Position numbers and translations under genes: made by a program | Shown: one piece after another, positions 1 through 11,521 of the stretch | Layout of the letters: the number at the start of each line of letters is the position of its first letter | How positions within the stretch are numbered: the first letter of the stretch is position 1 | Notes under the pieces: model-generated | Told to the model about the DNA's origin: nothing | Databases searched by the model: none | Seen by the model: the letters and a program-made list of their open reading frames with translations, nothing else | Source of the DNA: the human T2T-CHM13v2.0 reference genome, Homo sapiens | Reading direction: 5' to 3' (one strand) | DNA length: 64,000 bases | Assembly: GCF_009914755.1 (NCBI RefSeq) | Contig: NC_060925.1

Positions 1-1072
1 TTTGTCTTCCCTTTAAAAGTACTTTTCTATAAGTATACAACATCATACCATGTGTTTTGTATTTGCTACAGGTGAAATAAAGTTGTTTAATTAACTCTAC
101 TGATCATGGACATTTGGCCATTACAGTCTTAAGATTCCATATGCTTGTTCCTTATATGGTACTATGCTCCACTGAGGCTATTTGAGTAAAGACTGTTAAT
201 GAAGAACATTTTAAAATGAAATATAAATCCTTCTTTTGTTTGATGGGACCAACCCTCTTTTTAGAATATGGTATGTTGACAGAGCATAATTAATGATTTA
301 ATAAAAAGCAATTCAGGATGTGATGAAGATACAACTTTACATTCTGTCTCCCACCAATTCCTTCTAACTTTATTTAGTAAGGAAAATCTTCCCCTGCTAC
401 TGGATGAAATATGCAGTATGCTTCTTGACTTCTCTGCTTATTCACAGAAAATAGGCAGTCATTATGTCACCCTCTCAATTCACTAAGAAATAATAATCAT
501 GTCTAAAATATTAACTAAGGATCTGGATTTAATTTTGTGTTAAGCTACTTTTTCCCTGGACTCAGACCTGTTTCAGGCTGGAATATTTACAATAAGATAT
601 GAGAGGAGAGAGTGGTTAGTTTCTCTCTATTTCTCAGGTTTATATTTTCTCTTTCTCCCACTTTTCCTGCCGCCCTTCAACAAGCAGAGTCTGATCCATC
701 CCTAGTAGGGAAGTGGGGTGTTGACAGGAGTGATAAAGAAGTAGGAAAACTCTTAGGGACGTATTTTAATGATCGTTCACTGTCTCTGGATCGAGTAGAT
801 TATTATAGGTCAACAAGGAATGATGCTATACAGACAAAATTTTTAGAAGATCAGAAGGATTACAAAGTAATATATTTGATTTTAATTTATAAAATCCATA
901 TGTTTTGGTATATAACCAATGACTTTGAGGCTTCTGACTGTGCTCCAAGAATTGAAATTTGGTTCCTTCCTTCCTATAAACCACATTCATTATGTGCTTT
1001 TGGATTTGTTTTTTTCCATGGAGAACATAAAGTTTTGAGTGCAGAATGCTTACAGATTTTGTTTTTATCCCC

Positions 1073-1573
1073 TTGGTATGCTGAAAGCCCCTCCCAAAGA
1101 TGTCTATGTCCTAATCCCTAGAACTTTCCAATTGTTACCTTACATGGCAAAAGTAACTCTGTAGATGTGATTAAGTTAAGGGTTGTGATACTGGGAGATA
1201 AGCTTGGATTATCTGGTTGGGCCCAATGTAATCATAAAAGTTTTTATAAGATAAAAGTAGTAAGGTCAGAGTCATTCATAGAAGGAGATGTGACCGCGGA
1301 AGCAGAGGCCCAAATGACGTGATTGCTGGATTTTAGGATGGAAGAGAGCTGTGAGCCAAAAAACATGGAAAGCCTTCAGCAGTTGAAAAAGGCAAGGAGA
1401 AAATTTTATCCTTGAGCTTCCTGAAGGAATATGGTCCTTTGACACCTTAATTTTAGCCCTTTGAGCCTGATTTTGAACCTCTGATCTCCATAACTTTAAG
1501 ATAATAACTAGTTTTTATTTTAAAAGAAAATGTAATTGTAGTAATATGCTACACAACAGCAGGAACCAATATA
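1073..1573 (+). mobile_element. MLT1D-like ERVL-MaLR solo LTR
   Basis: Recalled MLT1 motifs in order: cccaaagatgtctatgtcctaatccc, gttaccttacatggcaaaag, gatgtgattaagttaagg, ggattatctggttgggcccaatgtaatca, gacaccttaattttagccc, 3' end caacagcaggaaccaatata. Confidence 0.85.
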
Positions 1574-2049
1574 TTTTTCTGTCCAGTCTTTTCAACAATT
1601 ATCACATCCACAACTAATTTGATAGACTCTTGTAGGAGCCTTGAATTTGTTTTTTAAATTGTCCAATTTAGTTTTATAAAACAACAATACTTTTTTGCCT
1701 TTGTATCTCATTGCTTAGCACAATATTAAATTTTCTAATTATAAAAACAATTAAATTGTCATTTGTAAACAAACACAACTACTCTTTGTAAGAATGTAAC
1801 TCTAAAAGTAGAAAGAAAAATGACTGGACTTATCAGAGTACAGTCTGTTCACGTGGCACTTTTTTTGTGCTAAGATATAACCTAGTATGTTTTTAAAAAG
1901 AAATGGAGCCAGACCCCATTCACAGCAGAAATGGCATAAAGGAAAGTTTGTTGGAAGACTTTTTTCTGTAAATTCACAATAACGAGACAAAACTGTGTAT
2001 CTCTATCTGTCTGATCTGTCTTTAGTTTTCATCACAATAGTTAAAGACA

Positions 2050-2240
2050 ATAAATTCAATCTTTCCTGCCTCCAAACTATTCTCTATACTACAGCCAGAA
2101 TCATCTTTCTAAAACATGTATCTGATTTTACATCATTCCCATCATTAAACCCTTCAACTAATCCACTTTGAGAATAAAAACTAGATTGTTTGATGCAGAT
2201 ATACATGAATTTTTAAGAGATGTTTCTTCCTTCACACTTC
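2050..2240 (+). mobile_element. L2 fragment (highly diverged)
   Basis: ctatactacagccagaatcatctttctaaaacatgtatctgat...aaacccttcaa resembles the L2 3' ORF2 region. Confidence 0.5.
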
Positions 2241-2341
2241 AGTAGAAGTAAAAGGCAATAGTCTGACTCTAGGAAGTGAGTAATGAGAAAACCTTGTCAA
2301 AATGCATAGATTATTTATTAAAAATGTCTTGAGGGCTCAGT

Positions 2342-2492
2342 GTTTGAGTGTGCTGGCTCAAGCCTGCAATTCCTGCACTTTGGTGGGGGGCCGAGGCAGG
2401 AGGATTGCTTGGGCCCAGGAGTTTGAGAAAAGTCTGGGAAACAAAGCGATACCTCATCTCTCCACAGTAAATAAATAAATAAATAAATAAAT
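2342..2492 (+). mobile_element. FLAM-type free left Alu monomer with (TAAA)n tail
   Basis: Single Alu arm tggctcaagcctgcaattcctgcactttgg...ggccgaggcaggaggattgcttgggcccaggagtttgaga followed by TAAA repeats; no right arm. Confidence 0.85.
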
Positions 2493-4607
2493 AGAAAGAT
2501 TTTGAAATGAAGAAAAAAACTGACAGAAAAACAAAAACAATGTTAGGGATCAGCAATGTTTGCTGAAGTCTTCCTTAGGATGTGGAAAACCTGACGATAG
2601 TTTTAAACATGGAGAGAGAGAGAGATGCAATCACACAAGTAATGCTGACAGACGAGCATCAAAGGAATGGGTAGGGAAAGGAAGGAGGAAAGATGGAGAC
2701 CATTGTTTCATAGTCAAGAAAGGGAAATACTAAGCAAGTTTATATGAAAGGTCTTTAACTAACTTAGTAAAGAAAGTTGCTTTTCATAACAGAATAGAGG
2801 GCAGTGTTAAGTTTACTGAGAGCAGAAGATTTTTGGAAACATTTAATGGAAAACAAAATACAACATTCATAAGAGATGCCAGATGGCAGTGAAAACCTAG
2901 ATATAACTAAGATAAATATGACTTTGCCCTAGAATAAGTAAGATCTAAACTTAATTTTTGAGGAGGAGAAACAATTAGATAACTTTTCTAAAGTTATTGC
3001 ATTCAGTTGAAGGAAACATAAAGAAATGTGAAGGTAAGTACAAGAAAATAATAATGGCAAAGTTAAAGAACATTTAAGAACAGTAACACTAACACAGAGT
3101 CAAAAAGACTCATTACTTGTAAGCTGTATCAAAAAAGTTACTAGACAAAAGGATTGGGAGCTTGGTCTCACTGGTATATTTGAAGTCTTACAGTTAATTT
3201 TTCCTACTTTTCCTCTTACACTATGGCACAGGGAAAAGCTGAGATGTTAGAACCCTCAAATTCAACTTGAAAAAGCAGTGACCCAGGGACATGAAAAATG
3301 AAAATTTCACTGTCCACTTCCCCAAAGTTCTTTGTTCATAGGCATGCCTCATTAAGTAGGAAAAACTTCAGTAGATATTGCTAGCTCTCTTAGCTTAAGT
3401 TACTCATACTAAATTTCAGATATCAATTTTCAATCCCAACTATGAAATAAAAAGGCTGGGAGAAAAAAAATGAACTTAAATTATAAGATTTTAATTTCTA
3501 GGATGATTGGATTATGCCTTAAAAATGACAGATTACAAATTTATTCCTATTGCCTTGAATGAAAAACTAATAATAGAAATTTGACTAAGGAAGACAATAC
3601 ATCTAGAATAAGAAGTCCATCAAACATTTCAACAAAGCAAAATTGGCTGACCCAGAGCAATGGTAAATTAAAGATTAATTTACTAATTCCAAAGTTTGGA
3701 TAAATCTTTTAGACACAATTGTGAGTGAAGTACCATCAAAATTTTCAGTGTTCCCTCTATATCAAAGACAAAACGTCATTTAAATATAGATATAGATACA
3801 GATATAGATATATGACAATTTCCTGTTTCATGTCATGAATTCAGGTAAAAGACATTTAGCTACTTAATACAAATCCAAGAAAATTTAGAATTGTAAAGGG
3901 TTTGGGCTTGATTTATATAACATCTTTGAGAAACCAATTTTTCAGATGAGAAAATTTCCCTTCTTATTAGGTCTGTATACAATGATTTAAATGAAATATC
4001 TTTAGGGTGAGAAATAATCACACGTAATCTTAAAAGTAGGTTACAATGAATCAACTGATTGAAAGACTACATTGAAATGATAACAGAGGAGGGAAATGAA
4101 CTTACATTGAGAATATTATAAATTTCATTATGTAAAATTATCACACTGAACCCTTCTGAAACCATACTTATGAATAGAATGTTCTAATACACAAACTTCA
4201 TGGTAAGTCCTATTTATACCGTGGAGTCTATCTAACTACTGGAGTATAAGGTCTTACTTTGGAAAAAACATTGTATTGAACAACATGAAAAAAAAATTAG
4301 CCTGGGAAAAGTATGATAGATACATAAATTTTTTTTCAGAAACTTTTTACATTAAATTTTAAAATATGCTAAACACTTTAACCTACTTAAACCCAAGTTT
4401 GTTATGTTTCTTTTGGCTGGATTTCTAATTTCATTTCAAAGAAAAGCTAATTTTAGATTTTTTTTAGGCAAAAAGATGTCACATCTATTGTGCTTTGGAT
4501 TAAAAAATGTTTTGTTATCCATAAAAACTCTAAAACGAATCTTTCTTCTCAAAAGCTAATGTGTTTATTTAAATAAATTATTTTATCAACAGAATCTTAT
4601 ATATATT

Positions 4608-4826
4608 AGAAAAATGACTATGTAGAATGACACAGACTTAAGTGTATATATGTACATATATATGTATGTGAATATATGTACACCATACGTACATCCACCA
4701 TGTGTGGTGGATGTACATATATATGCATATATATGTAAATGAATATATATGTACAAATAAACACATATACATGGGTATATACATATAACCACTTAAGTCT
4801 GTGCCATTCTACATGGTCACTTTTCT
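4608..4826. repeat. Long imperfect palindrome: 37-bp inverted arms around a TA/CA-rich spacer with a central hairpin
   Basis: 4608-4644 is the reverse complement of 4790-4826 with 3 mismatches; central 12-bp perfect stem 4689-4700/4705-4716. Confidence 0.9.
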
Positions 4827-7085
4827 TCAAAGCTAAAAAAAAACATTTGGCTAAGCCTTTATTCTATTCTATTTCCTGAAATCTGTGGTTATGTTTGCCA
4901 AACTCTATGTCTAATAATTTTTTTAAGTGCAGCCAGGTTTTCTAAAGAGTATAATCTTCAGTAAAAATAAAAGCTTCCAGGATAAAATATGTGAAATTTG
5001 CAGCTGAGCATTTTCTAGAACATCTTAATGGGTAAGTAAAGTAACTGAATGGGTCATTACAAATAATATTTTTAAAAGTCACCTTGCACTGTGCCCTCAG
5101 GTACTCATAAATCCATAAGATGGGATATTTTATGACAAAAAGATTCAGATTTTCTGATTTTTACCACCAAATATGGTGTTCATTATTTAGGTGATTATTT
5201 CAATGTCATTAACTCTTAGTATTCTCTCCTAAGTCCATTAGAGTCATCTTCCATAAGACATTTCCTATAGTTGTAATTTTTCACATTTTGCCTCAGGGTC
5301 ACTAGAGTACTTTCAGAATCATACCATTACACTGGCAAATATGACATATATGCAATATGATTAATTGGTTTGTAGGTAGATAAAAATAAACTATTTATAG
5401 TTTATAACATAACCCTAGACTCTCAGAATATATCAAAATGACTCATCATAATTCATTTCTATTTATATTAATAAAATAAATATATCATTGCAATGGCATA
5501 TGACTTGTTTAGCAGAAGAAATAGATGATAATTTAGAGAAGTTGCTTTACAGAATTCATGAATATATAAAGAATTATTAGCTAAAGAAAGCATAATTTAC
5601 GGGAGATTATAATAGACCTTAGGAATCAGATATCTTGACCTCCTTAGGAATCTGGAGAGGTATTCAAAGCCCCAGAACTGGATGCAAGAAGAACAATGAA
5701 CCGAGCCTCCTAATTCTGCCCATGTTGCTCTTTTCTATAATACTTTAAACCCCTCTAAGTTAGGTATTAATTTTAATCCAAGTTTGTCACAGGTAAACAA
5801 TTTCTAACTTTTTTTTTTAACTTTAGACTTTTACTTCCTCCTACTTAAAACACAATGCTACTTAATAGATTCTAATATTAAAGTCTTTTCCTGGCTGCAG
5901 TGAGTCAATAACTTCCCGGGTAAGCAAGTGACATTATCACACAAGGTTATCAAGTGTAGAAAACAGGTGTAATTCTATTACCTTAATCTCATTTCCACAT
6001 AAACACATTTTCAGCTAAACAAAGTATAAAATTATTTAATGATCTAGTTATGTAGACAAATTTCTCAATATGACAGTAGCAAGCCTAGAATATCAAGCTT
6101 ATAGAAAAGTAGAGGTGATATTAAACTTTAAAACTGTGTTAAATATTAAAATACAGCTCCAAGAATATAAAGAAAAAATATATTATTTGCTATTACTTCT
6201 CTCCGTTTTATCTGAGAGTTCTTTTTATTCCAAAGAAGATTGAGGCTAATGGTTCAGAGGAAGAGAAAGAAGAGTCATAAATAAAAACTACTTCACCTAA
6301 TTCTAAACATGTGATAAGTACAACGGACTCATACCTTAAACTTTTTCTTTCAAAACCTACTGAGATGAGTATTGTTAAAAATTTTTCCTAAAAAATGTCT
6401 ACAGAGACTTATTAACTTCCAACTGATTCTATGGTATCTTTTGAGACAAATGTTATAATAATTGTTCTCCTGCAGATCCTTTTCATATTCCAAAAGTATG
6501 AACATATATTATTATTTCTTCATCTTTCTATTTGCTTCAGAAATTTCATGTGTTCTTAGTATGAAGGCAGACACTTGAGATTTTCTTTAATTCCTTCTTA
6601 AGATCAAGACAACTAGGAGAAAATTAAAACTCACATACTTCAGTGATCAGCTCCTAACTGGCTTTAAATAATCCACCCAACATTTGCACTGACAAAGAAC
6701 AATGAATTTATTGTTATGTTTTAAAAAGGAACAAAAAATTGAACAATGGGAAAAATTGGGGCTGGTTTACATATTTAAAAGGCTGCATATATCATTGGAG
6801 ATTCTTAAAATAAAATTATTAAACCTTCTTACTCAGTTTGTTCCCCCCATCAAGCATGTAGATAACAGAAAGAAAGCACAGCTGTTCCTATTTAGGAATC
6901 CACAGTGTAGAATTTCCATTATTTATCCTGATAGGAAAGCAAAGATTTAAAAATGAAAACTTTTAGAACTTGTCCTGGCTGGGGAGACATGAGGGATCAT
7001 GCAACTGTAAAACATCAGGAGATTAGTTTTCAGACCAGTGTGGAGACAAAAAGGAAGTATTATACGCACGTAATTTCCACCAGCA

Positions 7086-7166
7086 ATGCATATGTAACTA
7101 ACTTGCACAATGTGCACATGTACCCTAAAACTTAGAGTATAATAAAAAAAAAAAAAAAAAAAAAAA
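7086..7166 (+). mobile_element. Extremely 5'-truncated young L1 3' end (L1HS-like) with A23 tail
   Basis: catatgtaactaacttgcacaatgtgcacatgtaccctaaaacttaGagtataat plus poly(A) 7144-7166; G at 7135 corresponds to the L1HS-diagnostic 3'UTR G. Confidence 0.85.
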
Positions 7167-7983
7167 GAATTGTGTGTATAAAAATTATATACAACACACA
7201 AGTATCTTGTTTCCTGTGATATACAAGATTGTAGCTACATGACTGACTATGACTGTTGGGAATAATTCTTTTAATTATAGATGTATAGTCACTAAAGTGA
7301 ATGCACTTGACAACTTGATAGGTTTAAGTAAAAACAAAGTATTAAACTGATAGAAAAGTAAGAAAGAGTCTTTCTTAGGTTTGCCTGTTTATTTTATGGT
7401 AGCCATGGTAATTATCTGCTCTCTAAGGGATAAAATGATTTTCCAGCATTAGCCACTTTTCAACGCTGAATTATTATTTTTAAAAACTTCAGTTTATTCA
7501 TAAATTAAAAATACTATAAACCCGAAAAAACTTTCTCTAAAAGAGCTATGTAATTAACCCTTAATTACTTCAAAGTAAGTAATTCCATTAATTTTGAAAT
7601 TTAGGAGGGTATTGTTTAACCTCTGAACGAACATACTTAGAAATAAGACACACTTGAAAAATGTAAAGAATCCTGCACACCTTGTTTTCACGACTTTTTA
7701 CCCAATTTTCACTTTTTCTGGTCATTTTTACATGTAAATATAAGATTTGTGATTTTCCACATATAAATTCCGACAATTTATTATTTACAAATAGAAACTT
7801 ACATTCATAATCAAGATACAGTCAGTCAAAAAATACAGGTGTTTTCTTTGGGAACATGAAAACAAATTGAAAAAAAGAATGTATGAAATAGTTATTATAT
7901 CCTACTTCATGCATTACTTGGTTTCCTGGCTTTAGTTTTGTCTTATGGAGAAGGAGAAAAAGGTAATTACACTAAATTTTTAG

Positions 7984-7997
7984 ATATATACATACAC

Positions 7998-8033
<36 letters not shown>

Positions 8034-8058
8034 GTATATATATACACACACACACACA
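7984..8058. repeat. Compound (TA)n/(CA)n microsatellite
   Basis: Direct inspection. Confidence 0.95.
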
Positions 8059-8104
8059 TGCAGAATTCTCATTTCTCAGGTTCTCGTGGATACTGAACAT
8101 GTGT

Positions 8105-8262
8105 TCCATGATTTGGGGTTGGCTATTAAACCTTTCTAAGCTTTAGTCTTCTCCTCTCTACAGTGGAGGTAACACTAGTGCCCATGCCACTGAAATGCTG
8201 TGAGGATTAAGTCAGGTAGCCAATAAAAAGCAGCTAGAGATAAAGAGTATTAGCTATTATAA
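8105..8262 (+). mobile_element. MIR fragment
   Basis: aacctttctaagctttagtcttctcctctctacagtggaggtaacactagtgccc...tgctgtgaggattaag matches the MIR core. Confidence 0.7.
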
Positions 8263-8849
8263 TTTTAATATTTTATTTTAGCATCTCATTCTGGGTTTAG
8301 AAAAATTAACCATTTGGCTTCATTTTGTTTTTCTCTTCTCAAAGCACAACAGAAAAGTATCTGAATATCATGAAAAAAAGATTCATTAATACAATTATAC
8401 CAACATGCATAAAGTACAGCTTATTAAATCAATTCATTTTAAATTTTAATAAGTATTAGGCACAGTGTTAGACATAGTATGACATTTAAAGATGATAAGA
8501 TACAACATGGATTCACAAAGATATCAGAGTTTAATGGTGACTAAGATAAAAAACACTTATGACAAATGATTAATAATGAATATTAATTTCTTTCCTTTTC
8601 GAAATGAGAATTTTGAAATTCTCATAGTTTGCAGTCATGGAAACGTTTTGTTCCATGAAAACCCTTTCTTGATATGAGTAAGAGATTTACCGACTTTGCA
8701 ACTGAGCTTCTGGGTGTCATGAAAAGAGGAAATGGAGAGAATGGCAAAGATGATTGTCCAATTTCCTGAAATATTTGTGGCAGGAATTTGCATGTACATA
8801 CATCCTTGTCCTCCTACATAGGAGATAATTAACAAGAAGGTAACAGATG

Positions 8850-9050
8850 TTTCCTGAGCACCTTACCATGTGCTAAGTTGTTTCCACTTAGGTGACGATC
8901 ATTAAGTTCTTATAGTAATTCTGTGAAGGGAGATTAGTTCACAGACAAAAAATGGGACAGAATTGTTAATATGAAGGCCACAGAGTGCCTAAGAAGCTGA
9001 GTGAAATTTTAAATTCATTTATGTTTTATTCCACATTCCATGGTCTATTC
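8850..9050 (-). mobile_element. MIR fragment
   Basis: ttcctgagcaccttaccatgtgctaag...ctgtgaag...aaggccacag matches antisense MIR. Confidence 0.55.
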
Positions 9051-10998
9051 ATAACATAAAGAAACCTATTTAATTTCTCCATTTTCATTCTCCAACGTAA
9101 GCATTAGCAAAATAGACCTAATTTTCTTCACTTTTTTTTTTTAATTTAGAATATTGATGGCTCAGAGTTGTACACTTTTACGTTTAAAAAAAAAATCTAC
9201 CCCTTTGGCTTATTTTTCTCTACATAATTATCTGAAAATGTAAAGTAGTAATAATCAGAGTTCTTCGTTTATACTATTCTTCATTATAACTTATTTCATT
9301 TTTTCCAAAATTTATTTTTTCCATAATATATCCATTGTTTTCACATTTTATTTTATAATATCCTACTTTTTCTTCTTCCCACCATGTTTTCTGATCTCAA
9401 ATTGTTCTGAAACAATGTATTATTTGTATGGCTTGACTAATATTATGATACATTTGTGATTGTTAGGTTTCTTCCTCCTTGTATTGAAGCAGATAGCCAA
9501 ATCTATGTTGACTGATTCAATAAACCATGGATCTTGGTCACAAGCCCTAAAGGAAATACTTTTTGCAGACTAAAAAGATAATTTCCCTAGACTGGAGGGA
9601 GGGGGAAAGAAAAAAAAATGAAGAAAGAGTGATCTGAAGGTTACCAGTAGGCTTCAACAATGTTTCTATTAAAAATCATCATCCTTTCTCCACTCCACCT
9701 CCCTCACTACTGCCATTGGCCATAGTACAGGTTGTGCTTCTCTGGGCGCTCCCCTGACATGGGTTTTGGGGGAGGAATTTGGTGTTTTGCAAAATCTTTT
9801 CCCCGACTTTTTTCAAGCATTGCTTTTTATTTTTCCTTCCCCTCAAATTCCTCCTTTTTAACACCACCTCCATGTTCACCTGTCAGCTATTTTTTTACTA
9901 CTTCTTTTTGGCAAGAAGTCTCCGACTTCCGCAATTTAGTGTTTTGGATTTAAATTTATTTATTCTCCAGCAACCTGAGAAATCAGTATTGCATACTCAA
10001 GATAGGTACAGAGTTAAGAGTCCAACCTGACACATAGAAGCACAGTGAGCACTAGACCCAAGGGTTTTTCATGATGACCAGTATTATGAATTTATGAACG
10101 GACTAGCAAGCTATGTGGACCAAAGGCCTAAGTCTTGGTGCTACATGAGACTCTAAAACTGTGAATCAGCTTTGGAGTTGGGGAAAGCCAGAAGAAAAAC
10201 TGGCTTTATTGACAACCCAGGTGAATGGAGACTCAAAATCAGAAAAGCAAATACAGTAGAGAAAGTAAAGAAAGTGTATTTATTGCACACCTGAGATTGT
10301 ATTATAGCTGTTATCCTTGGAGAATGGCAGTTAGAAGTGAGTAAGCTTTTATACAAAAAAAAAAATATGTGTTTAGAAAAAAAATATATATATTTAGAAA
10401 TATAAATACACTTAGAAATATATATGTTTAGAAATATGTGTTTGTGTGTATGTGTGTGTGTGTGTTTAGAAAAGGAAGAATATCAGAAGCACTGTCAGGA
10501 AGAGGAAAATGGAAAGTAAATAGAAAAGCAGATAAGAGCACAAGGAAAGTGTGGTGAAGGATGGGTAAGGCTGAGGAATTGTACCTACTTTAGTACAGTA
10601 TTTCAAATTGCTCTTTCTAAGCAGATTCAAACTGTGATCTTTCTCTCCTTAATCCTGGATTTTCTGTAGAATTTGTCCTAACAGTTAGGTGACTTCATTT
10701 TCTACAAATACTGTCAGGCTGTCAGTTTCTCAGTTATTGCCACCTAACACAACACTTAGGACTTAATTTAACTCTTGTGTGTGACGTGACAGCATCACAC
10801 AGACTGCTTTATCAATCAGGGCACTGTTGCTGTTTCTTATACTTTTGCCATAGAGCCTATTGAAACCACATCCTCTACTTTTCTATGTATAAACACTTGT
10901 GTAATGTTATGTTATCATCTACTAATCATAAAACCATATAGCTTACAAATTTGAAATACAGGTACTTGAGTGTTTTCAAAATTGATCAACGTATTGAG

Positions 10999-11521
10999 TG
11001 TGATGGTTAATTGTATGTGTTAACTTAGCCGGGCTATGGTACCTGTATATTTGGTCAAACGTGATATTGGATGTTTCTCTGAGGGTATTTTTTTTTAGAT
11101 GAGATTAACATTTAAATCAGTAGACTTTAAGTAAAGCATATTACCCTCCATAATATGGTCAACCTCATTCAATGGGTTAAAGGCCTTAATAGAACAAAGA
11201 CTGATCTCCCTCCCCATCACCCCACACCTCTGCCCAGCCCAAGCAAGAAGAAATTCTGCCAGTAGACCACCTTTGGACTCAAATTGCCTATCCTGTAGAT
11301 ATTGGACTGACCAAGCCTCCACAATCACATGAGCCAATTCCTTAAAATAAATCGTTATCTCTCTCATTTGATAGATAGGATAGATGATAATGACAGATAG
11401 ATAAATAGATAGATAGATAATAGATCTAGATAGAGCTCCGTTTCTCTTACTTTTTGTCATCTATCTATCTGAGAGATAAAGATATTTGTTTCTGTTTCTC
11501 TGAAGAAATCTGACCCATACA
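10999..11521 (+). mobile_element. MLT2 (MLT2C/D-like) ERVL solo LTR with internal GATA repeat
   Basis: TG...CA ends (tgtgatggttaattgtatgtg ... ctgacccataca); gatgagattaacatttaaatcagtagact; 5-bp TSD ttgag/ctgag. Confidence 0.9.

Noticed and set aside
612-1121. Longest ORF (169 aa)
   Set aside because: GTG start, no recognisable domain, composition typical of AT-rich non-coding DNA, and it runs into the MLT1D LTR.
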